DNA of 64,000 bases from Eledone cirrhosa (lineage: Eukaryota): contig OZ024741.1 of NCBI GenBank assembly GCA_964016885.1, positions 139,314,001-139,378,000 on the forward strand. The letters are read 5' to 3'. This document shows positions 1-13,509 of this stretch, piece after piece. Made by a program: the position numbers and the translations under genes. Below the pieces are notes generated by a model, which worked only from the letters and a program-made list of their open reading frames with translations, did no database searches and was not told where the DNA came from. How positions within the stretch are numbered: the stretch's first letter is position 1; every line of letters begins with the position of its first letter.

Positions 1-948
1 CTCAGTTAAGACCGATTACGCTCTTTATATATGACTCTACACACAGTACCCGGTTTCTTTAGACACAGAGTACCCAGAGATATGACTGGTCACGATCCTA
101 TCAATTGAACACAACACTAGGTTTTGATCCGTGATCATCTAACCATGGAGTACTCACGGTTACTGATGTGGACAATATTACTTATACACCATTAATGGGC
201 TTACACACATCCTCGGGGTTTTGCTATTCTTTTTTATTTTATTTTATTTTATTTCAGTGTTGGGTAACACACCTCCACCACTCAAACACCTATCTTAAAA
301 GCCCAAGGGTGCCTATGACGGGAAAACGCACATACTGATACCTTACCTCAAATACCCAACCCTACACAAAGTCCCTTGGTGGCCTACATGGCCGTTGCTT
401 GCACGAACACATTTGGGGACTCAGATTGTCAATGGGACAACGGCGCATACAGAGTTCGATATGAGCTGACTACTTGCTCTTCACATGGACGTGTATATAC
501 CAAAACATACACTATTTAGATGATACGGATGTTATAATTCAATCGATACACGTATATAAAAACATTGAACTGAATTTACTTGCGGTTGACACAATTTCAC
601 GAATTTACATCGTCAAATTGAGATTTGACCAATATAACATTCACTTTCGGTGAATACTATGTTGGTATATTTATATTTTTACTTCGACCTTGCGTCGGTG
701 TGTGTGAGTGTGTGTGTACACACTCACACTAACTGTGACAGACTGTAATTCTGAAGATTTGATGTTGAGATTAGACCCGTCCAGCGTCTTTTACAGCTAC
801 TGAGGATAGAGACGTGATAGTTTTATTACCCTAACTGAACAGTCTGCGAGTTTTGGCTTTTTAATCTTCATATGGGGGACAAAACTCTAGTGAGTGAACA
901 TCGTTAAAAGTTCTCGCGCATTTCAAGGATTTGAAGACAATTCATTTT

Positions 949-1020
949 CACCTGACGAGTTCAGTGATAATCGATCATGGCCACACGATCGAGCTATCTC
1001 TTATTGAAACATGTGTCGTG
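949..1020 (+). ncRNA. Type I hammerhead ribozyme motif near the 3' end of a (TA)n-abutting element that runs off the window start
   Basis: cac-CTGACGA-(stem with tcgatc/gatcga)-GAAA-catgt-GTC-gtg; helix I cac/gtg, palindromic ACATGT in helix III; base of helix II pairs weakly; about 50 nt tail then (TA)n. Confidence 0.6.
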
Positions 1021-1066
1021 ATTAAAACGATTGGACATTTATACCATGCCTTCGGATCTTTATTTT

Positions 1067-1122
<56 letters not shown>

Positions 1123-1130
1123 TATATATT

Positions 1131-1583
1131 TATAATAGAATATAAAAGAAAAACGAACACAGACATATACATATATGTGTTCAAATCGTAAGTCACCGGA
1201 TTCACTAAGATTAAAAGAATACTAACTATAGACAATTGGGTTTGCCTGTGTCAATTTAAGAAAAAATTAAGAAAATAAATACAAACGTGAATTGTGGTAA
1301 CTACCAATCACCCAGAATGTTAATTGTGAATAGAGTTACCAATTCAAGGTCATTTATTTTCTTAATTTTTTCTTAAATTGAGACAAGCAAACCCAATTGT
1401 CTATAGTTAGTATACTTTTCACCGTAGTGAATCCGGCACCTCACGATTTGAACACATATATGTATATGTCTGTGTTCGTTTTTCTTTTATATTCTATTAT
1501 AATATACGGCTCGGAAATATCTCTTCCTTAGAGCTATTTTGTTGTAAGAGACTAATTTGAGTTCCTAACTCAATATATACCTT

Positions 1584-1585
<2 letters not shown>
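1131..1585. mobile_element. Fold-back insertion between (TA)n tracts
   Basis: 1131-1280 is the imperfect reverse complement of 1352-1501; right arm continues with an unpaired ~85 nt tail. Confidence 0.75.
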
Positions 1586-1616
<31 letters not shown>

Positions 1617-1620
<4 letters not shown>

Positions 1621-4126
1621 TACTTGGGGAGGGTCATATTTGTGTAATATTGCCAGAATTAATAACAGAACACACTCACTGTTTGGTTGGCTTTCGCTTC
1701 TCGCTTCTGTGTCTTTTATATCGGTAATCTAACTTACTCGGTCCTCAATGTTGCCATTGACTGACCGACGGTCAAAAATAATACAGATCCAATATACACA
1801 CAAACACATATATATAGTTTATCATAAATTTTTCGTTGCACATCTGCAACATCCTCACTGGTGTTATCGTTTCCTCCTGTTGTGCTATATGTCTACGCCA
1901 TTTTTATTCACTCTGTCTATATATTTATTTATTTATTTGCTTGATTGTTTATTTTATTTTGTCTTCTAGTGCATGCGTTTGTGTGTAGTGTTTTGTTTGC
2001 TGTGTGATGGGTGACTAGTGTGTGTTTATGTGCTGGTTGTTATTGTGTTTGTGTATGTATTTATTTATTTATTTATTATATTTTATTTACTTATTTATAC
2101 TTCTCTTAGGTCAGTGTTGTTTGTTTGGGCGTTGTTATTCCATTCATTCTTTCTGTTTAGTCTTGGCCTTCTAATTTCTATTTCCCTGGCCTCTCTGATT
2201 TGCCATTCCTATGTTTACATATTATTCTAATTTCTATGTTGTCTATGTTACCGTCATGTTGTTGTCTAGCATGTTCGCATAGTACTGACCCGTTTTTTCG
2301 TCCTTTTAGTTCCCCGCAGTGTTGGTCTATCCTTTCACCTATGCTACGAGCTGTCTCACCTATGTATGTTGTTGTCATGTTTCTGCAAGTACCCTCTGTA
2401 CATCATATGATATAGACTACGTTTCTAGTTTTACAGTTTATCCGGGGTTCACCTTACATATGATACGTTTCCTATTGGTACAGTGGGTTTTCTTAAAAGG
2501 GTAGGTTTTGCTGATCAAGGATTTTATGGTGGTTCCTGGCTTTTCTACCACCTTAATTTTTAAGTGGGTCTTCCTCAGGGCCTTTCTACACTGGTTAGCT
2601 AATTTCCCTCCGGGAGTAGCGTCCACAAACATGACACTCTGGTATCTCTGATTGTCGTACCATGAGGTGGCTTTTCCTATCTTATGTCTAGCCCTATCTA
2701 AGCTATTCCATGATTTGTTCCTGTATAATGGGCAAATTCCTTTAATGTCCAGTTCTACGAGGGTCTTATACTTCTCCATGGCTCTTTCGTATACTCTAAC
2801 TCTGTCTGTTTGGTTGTAGCCAGAGAACTGCATGCGGTTGATGAAGTGTTGGATGTGTCTTTCCATTTCTGTTGGGTCGCACATGCGGGACACATTCTTC
2901 ATCACTCGTACCAAATCTGCGATCAGAATATTAAACTTAGCACTACTGGACATTGCTGAGTTTTTGAGTATCAGGTATTTGGAGGCCATGGGTTTAGCAT
3001 AGTGTGAGTGGAGAATTTGGGCTCTCCCGTCTATAGTGTTAATCCAGAGTTCTGTGTCTAATACAGGTAGTCTATTGTTAGGGTGTTTGGAAGGGAAGTC
3101 GATAGTTACAGTTATACACTGGTGTATGGAATTAGCTATCTGCTGGATGCTTTCCATCGTGCTACGTTCTAAATCAAACTTGTTAGTGTTTTCTAGTGGG
3201 GATGTTCTTATAACTATATTGATTTCGTCTACATAACGAGAGTACATGATGAGGTCTATGGAGCTCTCATTAATGAGATCTTTAAATCTCCTTTCCCACC
3301 ATACCATGAAAAGGTTGGCAACATCACCAGCTATGCTGACGCCAATGGCTGCTCCCTCATTTTGGGTGTAGATCTTCTCGTTGAACTTAAATATGTGGCC
3401 ATTTAGGGTAGTTTTGGGAGTCTTTTTTGCCATTGAGGTTATGGTGGGTGGTCTACCTCTTATAGGTCTACTGGGACAGAAACGTCTAAAGTCATGGCTC
3501 TCTAGGTAGTCTGTGTCGTAGGTAAGTCTAAGTAGGAGGCCCAGTTCGTCTGTGTCGACGTCGCAGAACTCTACCTCACTCTCAATGATCATCTCCACAC
3601 ATATTTTCACAGCAAAATCAATGTTAATGAATGGGTACAGTGACACCACATCCATGCTGCCTATTATGTAGTTGGATAGGTTCCTGTTTTTGTTGCACTC
3701 ACTGATTCTGCTGAGGAGGTACTCTGTACTGTCACATACATCTGGGGACATCTTGATTATGGGGCCTATAACCATTGAGAGGAAGTAGGAGATCCTGTAG
3801 TTACTAGCTATATTAGCTCCGTATACGGGTCTTGTTTCAGATGTGCAACGAAGGATTTATGATAAACTATATATATGTGTTTGTGTCTATATTGGATCTG
3901 TATTATTTTTGACCGTCGGCCAGTCAATGGCAACATTGAGGACCGAGTAAGTTAGATTACCGATATAAATGACACAGAAGCGAGAAGCGAAAACCAACCA
4001 AACAGTGAGTGTGTTCTGCTATTAATTCTGGCAATATTACACAAATATGACCCTCCCCAAGTATAACAATATTTGTTTCGACACACGATTTCATATAAAA
4101 AACCTCACAAAACTAATTCATCGCCG

Positions 4127-4127
<1 letters not shown>
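1617..4127 (-). mobile_element. 5'-truncated Penelope-like element (canonical C-terminal GIY-YIG, Neptune-like) with inverted terminal repeat
   Basis: RT and EN remnants on minus; 1617-~1847 is the reverse complement of ~3837-4067; both ends abut (TA)n; right arm has an extra ~60 nt tail to 4127. Confidence 0.9.
2130..3835 (-). pseudogene. PLE reverse transcriptase plus GIY-YIG endonuclease, disrupted
   Basis: ORF 2438-3775: IGSMDVVSLYP, QNEGAAIG, SRYVDE, LPVLD, YAKP; downstream NVVY..C...C..YIGETARSIGERIDQH and LCEHA, with stops and frameshifts. Confidence 0.9.
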
Positions 4128-4175
<48 letters not shown>

Positions 4176-4256
4176 GCGGCGATGAATTAGTTTTGTGAGG
4201 TTTTTTATATGAAATCGTGTGTCGAAACAAATATTGTTATACTTGGGGAGGGTCAT
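4176..4256 (-). repeat. Inverted copy of the last ~80 nt of the adjacent PLE across a (TA)n tract
   Basis: Reverse complement of 4047-4127. Confidence 0.85.
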
Positions 4257-4270
4257 ATATATATATATAT

Positions 4271-4930
<660 letters not shown>

Positions 4931-4931
<1 letters not shown>

Positions 4932-5406
4932 ATGCCCGCGTACAAGTTGATATGGCGCATAGGTCGACCCTTAACATTCTGAAATGTAATTCAGGTTTAG
5001 GTCTGTATTTAGGTCGGATAAGGTGACCCACACATAATAAATCAGTTGCAGATTATATAATTCAAATAATTTAGTCGCAAGTGTGTTCTAACACACTGAG
5101 TAAACCAGCACAGCAAACCTTAACGAACCTATGGTAACCTACCCCATAGCTTACGGCATGTCATTGATACTATTATAATCTCTACATTACATAGACTTAA
5201 CAAACATGAGATTCAATAGGAAATATTTGTGGTGTACCGCTCGAGTTATGGTAAGCGGTGTACAGTGAGAGTTAGGTAGGCATTGTCACTGTCTATCCTT
5301 GAGAGCTAAGGTTCATACTTTATATTTGGTGGACAAGTCGACACCTGGATGTGTAGAAATATATTTAGGTTCCAAATGTTGACTTGTACGCGGGCATATA
5401 GGGTAT
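4931..5406. mobile_element. Probable MITE (Tc1/pogo-type termini), left terminus clipped
   Basis: Inverted termini tatgcccgcgtacaagt (4931) and acttgtacgcgggcatatagggtata (5382-5407); no coding capacity. Confidence 0.5.
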
Positions 5407-5483
<77 letters not shown>

Positions 5484-5484
<1 letters not shown>

Positions 5485-6256
5485 TGAGTGAGTTGCAATT
5501 TGGCCGGAGTATCGCTAGAAGCTTTCTCCGATAATGTATTTATGTATTTACTCTTGGTGCAACAGAAATAAAATACCCGGTATAAGGTTAGACTTTCTTT
5601 GTTTTGTTTTTTTTTGTTTTTTTTATATATGAATATTGATTGTTTTCTTGTATCTCATTCTGTTATTTTGCCCGAGAAAATATATATGTGTGTTATCAAA
5701 CGTTGTACACACATAGATATTTTTTCAAGTTCCAATTGAGTTCTAGCACGTGGCCTGAATTCCTTTTAGAGTTCAATGTAATGCGCATGTATTGTTTTTT
5801 TGGCGGTAACTTACTTCCTCATTTTTGAATCGGTTTGAGTGTTTGTTTAGAACTGCTGGACTAGCCACCTAACAGATACTTCAGGCACTGATGGTGATTA
5901 TCGCTAAATACTGATGTTGGTTAGATTATAAATATTACTATTATTGGGCACCCACTGATGAATTATAGGAGTCCACTTGAATATATATCTGTTGATCGTA
6001 TACAAGCTCCTACATAAATTGGTATAATTTTACCCAAATTGTAGGTATCCTATAATGAAACGAGACGTCCGTCTGGGAAGAGATATATTCGATATGTCTC
6101 ATATGAAATAATACAGCCAATTTTCCACACAATACATTTAGTTAGCACCTAGAACGTATAATTAGGAATATACTCACTTATTTCCTAATACTTGTTGAGT
6201 GAGTTGGAATTTGGCCGGAGTATCGCTAAAAAGCTTTCTCCGATAATGTATTTATT
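5484..6256 (+). mobile_element. Retrozyme-like 711-bp unit with ~60-bp terminal direct repeat, in (TA)n
   Basis: ttgagtgagttg.aatttggccggagtatcgcta.aagctttctccgataatgtattta at 5484 and 6195; internal HHR; non-coding. Confidence 0.75.
5951..6077 (+). ncRNA. Type I hammerhead ribozyme with long helix II
   Basis: ccca-CTGATGA-attatagga...tcctataat-GAAA-cgagacgtcc-GTC-tggg; all three helices pair; GACGTC palindrome in helix III. Confidence 0.88.
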
Positions 6257-6278
6257 ATATATATATATATATATATAT

Positions 6279-6925
6279 TGGTAAACGGAATAGAAAATGC
6301 TGACAAATTGTTCACAATTGAAAAATGGTTTAATTAGGAATAAAAGAGTATTAGTGATTGTATGGGTTAGTATTCAGTTGTGGTTTTAAGTTTTTAAGTT
6401 TTTACCGGTTGCGCATTTCTAAATGCTTTTCAAAAATAATTTTGAGATAGAGTGTCCGTGCTGTTTCCTCTGATCTGATTAATTTTTGGAATTCTACCTG
6501 TTTTTATGTTAAAAAAGTGGCTCCAATTTGCAAAAATTCTTGTGGTCAAAACAATTTTGGTTGGTCGGTAGAGGTCATGTGAATGTAAAAAATTGATTTT
6601 GCGCCAAGACTGTTTTGTCGGGACCCAATAGCTGAGCTCTTGCCATTCCCAGACTAAAACTGGCTGTTGAAATGGCAAGAGCCCTGCTGCTGGGCCGACT
6701 CTTTATAGTGTGCGTGTGTGTGTGCGCATATATATATATATATATATAGATAAGTTTATTCCGGTTTCAATCGGAGGGGGGGGGGGCACAGTAAGTAAGG
6801 TACGCGCCACTTTTTTAACATAAAAACATTCTTGGCGCAAAATCAATTTTCTACATTCACATGACCTCTACCGACCAATCAAAATTGTTTTGACCACAAG
6901 ATTTTTTGCAAATTGGAGCCACTTT
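6279..6925 (-). mobile_element. PLE 3'-end fragment with degenerate HHR, plus inverted partial copy
   Basis: Minus strand ...ttttgaaaagcatttagaaatgcgcaaccggta matches the terminus at 35925-35960; ~6500-6610 is inverted at ~6805-6925. Confidence 0.6.
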
Positions 6926-8222
6926 TGTAGTCCATTACTGTATCTTTGTGCATCTTTTATAATGGAATATGATCTTTTTATGCTTTCGTGTTTCAAAACG
7001 AGTTTGATCATCCAATCATGTGAACCCCTTAGTTATGTAGATAATCCAATTGTTGCAGTTTTCAACGCAATGTCTAACTGGATTAACCCACGTCCTCCTT
7101 CTTTCCTAGGGAGATATATTCTATCTATATCTGCCTTAGGGTGATGCATTCTGTGCATGGTTAAGAATTTTTGAATTTTTGTATCGAGCCTACGGATCTC
7201 TGTGCTTGACCAGTTGATGAGATTTTAGCTGTAGGTTACTACTGGTATGGCAAGCGTGTTTATGGCATCGATCCTATTCCTTGCATTCAATTCCGTTCTT
7301 AAGATTGCTCTTACTCTGCGGTAACATTCCTTCCTTATCCTTTCCCTCATTGTCGAGTGCTTGATTCCGTCTCCTTCACAAACACCTGGATATTTGTAAG
7401 TTTTTTCTTGATCAAGTTCTCTTATCACGTTCCCCCGATCAAGATTAATGTCTGAACTCTTCAGCAGCTTTCCTCTGGTGAACGTTGCATTGGCGCATTT
7501 ATCTAGTCCAAACTCCATTTTAATGTCATCACTGAACTGCTCCACAGTGGATAATAGCCCTTGCAATTGTTCATCATTTTTTGCAAATAGTTTCAGGTCA
7601 TCCATGTAGAACAGGTGATTAATAGTTTTGTCATAAACTTTATATCCATGTTTTGTTTCATTGAGAATTTTACTTAATGGTATAAGTGCGATGCAGAATA
7701 AAAGCGGTGATAAAGAGTCACCCTGAAAAATTCCACAATTAATATTAACTTCTCCAGCTTCCAGTGATTTTGTTTCACTATTCAAACGGAGTGTCGTTTT
7801 CCATGTCTTCATACTGAATGACAAAAACCTCCTGACAACGGGGGATATTTTGAAAATCTCTAAACATTTTTCAATCCAACTGTGTGGCAAACTATCGAAT
7901 GCTTTTTTTATAATCTATCCAAGCAATCGATAGATTTTTGTGTCTATTATGACAATCTTCCAGTATCATTTTGTTAACCAGAAGCTGATCCTTACAGCCA
8001 TATGAGCCTTGTTTACACCCTTTCTGCTCAATGGGAAATAGGTCATTTGTTATCAGGTGGTCATATGTGTATTCAGTTAGGACTGATGTTAAAATTTTAT
8101 ACATTGTGGTCAAGCAAGTTATCGGTCTGTAATTTTTGGGATTGTTTGTCTCATCATTTTTCGGAAGCAGGAATGTAATGCCGTTAACTAGCCATGATTT
8201 TATCTTTTCTGGCTCCTTAACT
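6926..8222 (-). pseudogene. R4/Dong-clade non-LTR retrotransposon RT fragment
   Basis: NYRPITCL, EQKGCK..SYGCKDQL, IDYKK, PHSWI, GIFQGDSLSPLLF, HLFYMDDLKL, FGLDKC; frameshift near 7890; abuts (TTA)n. Confidence 0.9.
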
Positions 8223-8223
8223 A

Positions 8224-8225
<2 letters not shown>

Positions 8226-8281
<56 letters not shown>

Positions 8282-8288
8282 ATTATTA
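8226..8288. repeat. (TTA)n microsatellite
   Basis: Direct reading; next to the truncated R4/Dong 5' end. Confidence 0.95.
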
Positions 8289-10249
8289 GAGATTTAAAAC
8301 ACCTCACTAAAAGAACCTATTATACATTTCCAGTAAAATGAATTTGTTCTAAAGCACTATGTATCCCTCATTGACTAATATTTATTAACGTATGTATTAT
8401 TGGGAATAGGCAGAGAATCAAAGGATTAGGATTATGAAAATATATATTAGAGGTATGTAAATAATATCTGTGATAGGAATGAAATGTAAAGCTTTTAAGT
8501 CAGAAGCTCCAAAAGTCAGCATATTGCTTAAAGTTAAATGGGATATTACATTTCTATAGCGTATATCAGATTACTTAAATGCTGTAGAGATAACAGAAAT
8601 ATAATAGAAAATCCATGAAATATCAAACATAGTTTAACTTAAAAAATGGAAATTAATGTCTTTATGCATAAATAATATTCTCTGAGGGACATCAATAACA
8701 TTCATTGTAAAGTGGTAGATATATACAACAATCAATTGGGAATTTCGGGAAAGAATTACATCTATGAATCTCAGCATCCTAATGTAAAACTCTGATTGAT
8801 AAATTAAATGTAAGTGCTTCTATATAATAACTATGTATATCTCCAGAAGAGGATACGTTTGTGTTAACATAAAACACCAATTTCAAAATGACAAGATTCT
8901 GTAGAGATCTGAAATTTCAAATCTAAATATACATTAAATACAATAAAACTGCAAACCGTTTCAAATAAAATAACGATGAGATGTTACGGTCATGCTACAT
9001 AACCTGCCATAATAATGAAAAGAATCTTTCAATGCAAGGTTCAAGCCAAAGGAAGGTGAGGATCTTAGAAGTAAGAATGCTTGGCTAACATCACGTAATG
9101 AACCGTTGAAGACTTCCTTGCGGTAGTGGTGGATGGAGGGAGTGGTATGTGATGGATCCGACCATCAGGGATCTCACTTGTTTCTAAAAGATGAGATACA
9201 CTATCTACTGAATAAAGAAGAATGAGAGTGGGAATACTTCCTCTTGAATGTCCCTGTCAATTTCAGAAGTCCATCTATAATGAAGACGGATGTGAGGTTT
9301 CTTAAGTGAGAACAGCTTCCTGTATAATCTATATCCTATATTTTCTTTATCTGTTGCAATCTCGTGGCTCGCTTTAAACGCCCGTATTCAAGTACCATAT
9401 AGTAGTATACATATGTACCATAATTATGATTTATATAGACACTAACGACACTGCCAATCCATCGCCTTAATAGCGAAACATAACAATGTATAATATTCCA
9501 GATTCTGATCGCACTATTTATGACAAACTCTCCCAATGATTGCATCGTTCAATTACACCACTAACATCATTACATACAACAATACCTCATAAATTACCCA
9601 CAATAACCACAACAGCCATCCCATTCTTAACGTTCTCTTCGCTCATGACCCACAATGGTTTTAGATAAGGAAAGTTCCACATCAAGTAAAAAGCCTAGGT
9701 AAGGGTTTTGTGGCAGAAAGCCAATCGCTCTTTCATATATGACTATCACCACATCACTACACAGATATTATTCAAGGAAGTGTCAAATCATCTGGAGCAA
9801 CGTGAAATAAGTTTTACTCAAGAACAGAACGTGCCACTCGGTCCGAGAATCGAATCGCAATATTTCGGTCGTTACTATAACACATTAACTACTAAGTCAC
9901 GTGCCTTTACTTGTAATTGCCATACCTCTCACATTAACTATTATATTCATCATATTGACGTGAAAGTCAACCATGTTAATGAACGGCAATCCTATTTGAA
10001 CACACACTATTTGTTTGGTTTGTGTACGGAACGTGTGTATAAACGATGGATTGAAGAATATATGTTTCTGTTAATGCAAATAGACAACTGGTGATGTTAG
10101 ATGGAAAAATTACATCACACCTTCTCCGAAATCACAAGAACTGGGCATATCAATAAATTTATAAAATGACAGAAAACTGAACTTCTGTTATATGTGTGTT
10201 AAATACTAATGCATAGAAAACATCGAATGGCCAAAATAATATTGTAGAT

Positions 10250-10645
10250 GATGACTGTCCAAAATACGTTGTACACGATAGCTGCCAAATTGATTGTGTA
10301 CCTCATCACTGCCAAAAATACTACCCATACACACAGATACATGCCCCATACTGGAGGAGGAATACGTAAATCCGTTTCAACATTAATTTGTTTATTACGC
10401 AATCACGCACACGTGCAGTTATCAATATCGTGCAAGACACCTATCAGCATCGTGCAAGATTTACTAGATAACAACAACTTCCCCCACCATTTCAGCCTTT
10501 GCTTCCATTAGCTCCACAACACCTACCAGTCAATATAACCATAAGTACGCAAGTGATAGTGTTTAGAGGGAAATGAAACAAAAAATAATTCAGTCATCAA
10601 GTCACCGTTCGAACGGCATGATCGCTTCTACCGGATGAACATATA
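10250..10645 (+). repeat. ~390-bp interspersed repeat ending at (TA)n (second copy 20588-20965, minus)
   Basis: Near-identical reverse-complement copy; ORF-track translations 10248+ and 20769- match. Confidence 0.85.
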
Positions 10646-10754
10646 TATATATAGATATAGTATGCTAGGGAAAGGATCAGGGGTGTATAACACTCCACTT
10701 ATCCAGCAGGCAGTATGAGGTTAGCTTTATTATATATATAGATATATAAATATA

Positions 10755-10807
10755 TATAACCACAAGCACGTATATATATATATATATATATATATAACCA
10801 CAAGCAC

Positions 10808-10856
<49 letters not shown>

Positions 10857-10902
10857 TATTAACCATAAGCATATATATATATATATGTATTAACCATAAG
10901 CA

Positions 10903-10964
<62 letters not shown>

Positions 10965-11059
10965 TAGATAGATATATATAACCATAAGCACGTATATATA
11001 TATACATATATATTAACCATAAGCACGTATATATATATACATATATATTAACCATAACC

Positions 11060-11065
<6 letters not shown>
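10755..11065. repeat. Compound minisatellite: AACCAYAAGCAYG-like motif alternating with variable (TA)n
   Basis: About seven copies near 10758, 10796, 10861, 10892, 10980, 11015, 11050. Confidence 0.85.
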
Positions 11066-11119
<54 letters not shown>

Positions 11120-11159
11120 ATATATATATATATATACATATATGTAGATATATATATTT

Positions 11160-11192
<33 letters not shown>

Positions 11193-11194
11193 CA

Positions 11195-11279
<85 letters not shown>

Positions 11280-11318
11280 GATATTAATAAATGGAAACTA
11301 TATTTATAAAACCATATT

Positions 11319-11383
11319 TATTTCATTATATATATTTCAAGGATACCAAGTTACATGATGGTATGCCTTCATCAGACAAAATA
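11319..11383 (-). ncRNA. Type I hammerhead ribozyme in PLE terminal repeat
   Basis: Minus: tattttgt-CTGATGA-aggcatacca...tggtatcctt-GAAA-tatat-ATA-atgaaata. Confidence 0.82.
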
Positions 11384-12667
11384 CAATATATAACAGTTTT
11401 ATAAATAGACATTGACGTATCCCTTTTAAAAATTGACCGTTGTTTTTGGAGGCCATCAGGATAGTGGTTTGTTTACTTTAGTAAGTCATAGTGTTAAGAG
11501 TAAGTAAACAGATGGAGAGAGAGAGAGAAACGTGGAGAAAAGAAATGGAGAGATAGATAAAGAAAAAGAAGAAAACAAAAAGAAAAGAGAACAGAGGAAA
11601 AATAACGGGGAGATATCAAACCATCAGACAGAGAAAAACAATCCAGAGAGAGATATATAGAGATAGAGAGAGGGGGGAGAGAACGAAAGCCTTGAGATAT
11701 GTCATATTAAGTTGAGTTAACAATTGGGATGAAAAGCATAAATAAAATTAGAAATATTAATATTCATGAATGGAATATAGATATATAATATGAGAAATTA
11801 CACATTGTTTAATTATGATTAGATATTTAGTTTAAAATTGAGATCAATATATTAAAAATTGGAATGTGAACATTATAAAATATATATATTGCTAGAGAGA
11901 TTATCTATCGCATATTACATACAAGGCAAAGGTACATAAATATATATCTATACACACTCACTCAGAAAATACACATTATATCTACTCCCGCACATAATAT
12001 ATATATAAAAAGCATAAGTCATTTTTTGCCATACATTCCCTGTGTTATTAATTAAAAAGTAAAAGTGTTTAGTATATATATATAAATATATAGGATTAAC
12101 TTTCATGCATTTATGGCTGTTAAGTTATGCATATCTGCAATCAAAAACTGCATGTGTAAACCTGTACATTCACATCCATAGTTCTTAGCTATACATGAAT
12201 AGATATGTGTGTGCATCTTCAATTGGTATACACGCGTCACTCATGCATATATATAGACAGACATATAATCATAAAAAAGCATATAACACATGTATATGTA
12301 TGTCAACACACACATATAAATACATTAGCCGTATATAGATATAATCACCATATAACATAGTACAATTGAGTATATAAAATACAAAAGGATTATATTTTGG
12401 AAATATAATTATATCAATATAACTTAAAAAGCAAACGAATTCTACAAATATCAAAATACTAAAATATCCCAAAATATTGTAGAATATTTTAAGTTAAAAT
12501 AATATGTTTAATATATTTAGTATACAAAATTAATCTTACGTATATTTTAATCAAGATATTGAAAAGACTTTTGAAAATTATGAGAAGCTATCAGAATAAA
12601 AAATAAATATAATAAAAATTATGAGAAGCTATCAGAATAAAAACAAATCTAATAAAAAAAATCTAAT

Positions 12668-12718
12668 AAAAATAAAAATAAAAATAAAAATAAAAATAAA
12701 AATAAAAATAAAAATAAA

Positions 12719-12749
<31 letters not shown>

Positions 12750-12965
12750 TAAAAATAAAAATAAAAATAAAAATAAAAATAAAAATAAAAATAAAAATAA
12801 AAATAAAAATAAAAATAAAAATAAAAATAAAAATAAAAATAAAAATAAAAATAAAAATAAAAATAAAAATAAAAATAAAAATAAAAATAAAAATAAAAAT
12901 AAAAATAAAAATAAAAATAAAAATAAAAATAAAAATAAAAATAAAAATAAAAATAAAAATAAAAA
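12668..12965. repeat. (TAAAAA)n hexamer array inside the PLE 3' region
   Basis: About 300 bp of near-perfect taaaaa. Confidence 0.95.
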
Positions 12966-13509
12966 ATAAAATGAATTTAATAAAAAAATAAAAAAATGAA
13001 TATAATAAAAAAATGAATCTAATAAAAAATAAATAAATCTAATAAAAAATAAAATATTATATCAATATAACTTAAAAAACAAGGATTCTACAGATATCAA
13101 AATATTAAAAAGTTTTAAAATAAAACTAAAAAATTAAAAAATTAGAAAATTTTAGAAAAATTTCAAAAAATTTCAAAAAAAAAAAAATTTTTCAAAAAAT
13201 AAAAAAAAACCCTTCAAAATTTAGAAAATTAAAAAAAAAATTTTTTTAAATTTTAAAAACTCTTAAAATATAAAATAGTTTAAGCTAAAATAATATGTTT
13301 AGTATAGAAATTTATCTTACGTATATTTTATTCAAGATATTGAAAGGATAAACTTTTCTAGAATAGTTTATTATATTTATAATTATATTTATGAAGAAAA
13401 TTTATACTTGGGTACTTAACCAAAGAAAATGAAAAAGGTTAAGGAATCTAATTATTTATCGACAGGTTACATATATTAACTAAATTACTTAATTAATTAA
13501 ACTACATTT

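Noticed and set aside
9040-9330. Possible ancient LINE RT remnant (LPQGS on minus)
   Set aside because: Single weak motif, no second RT motif found
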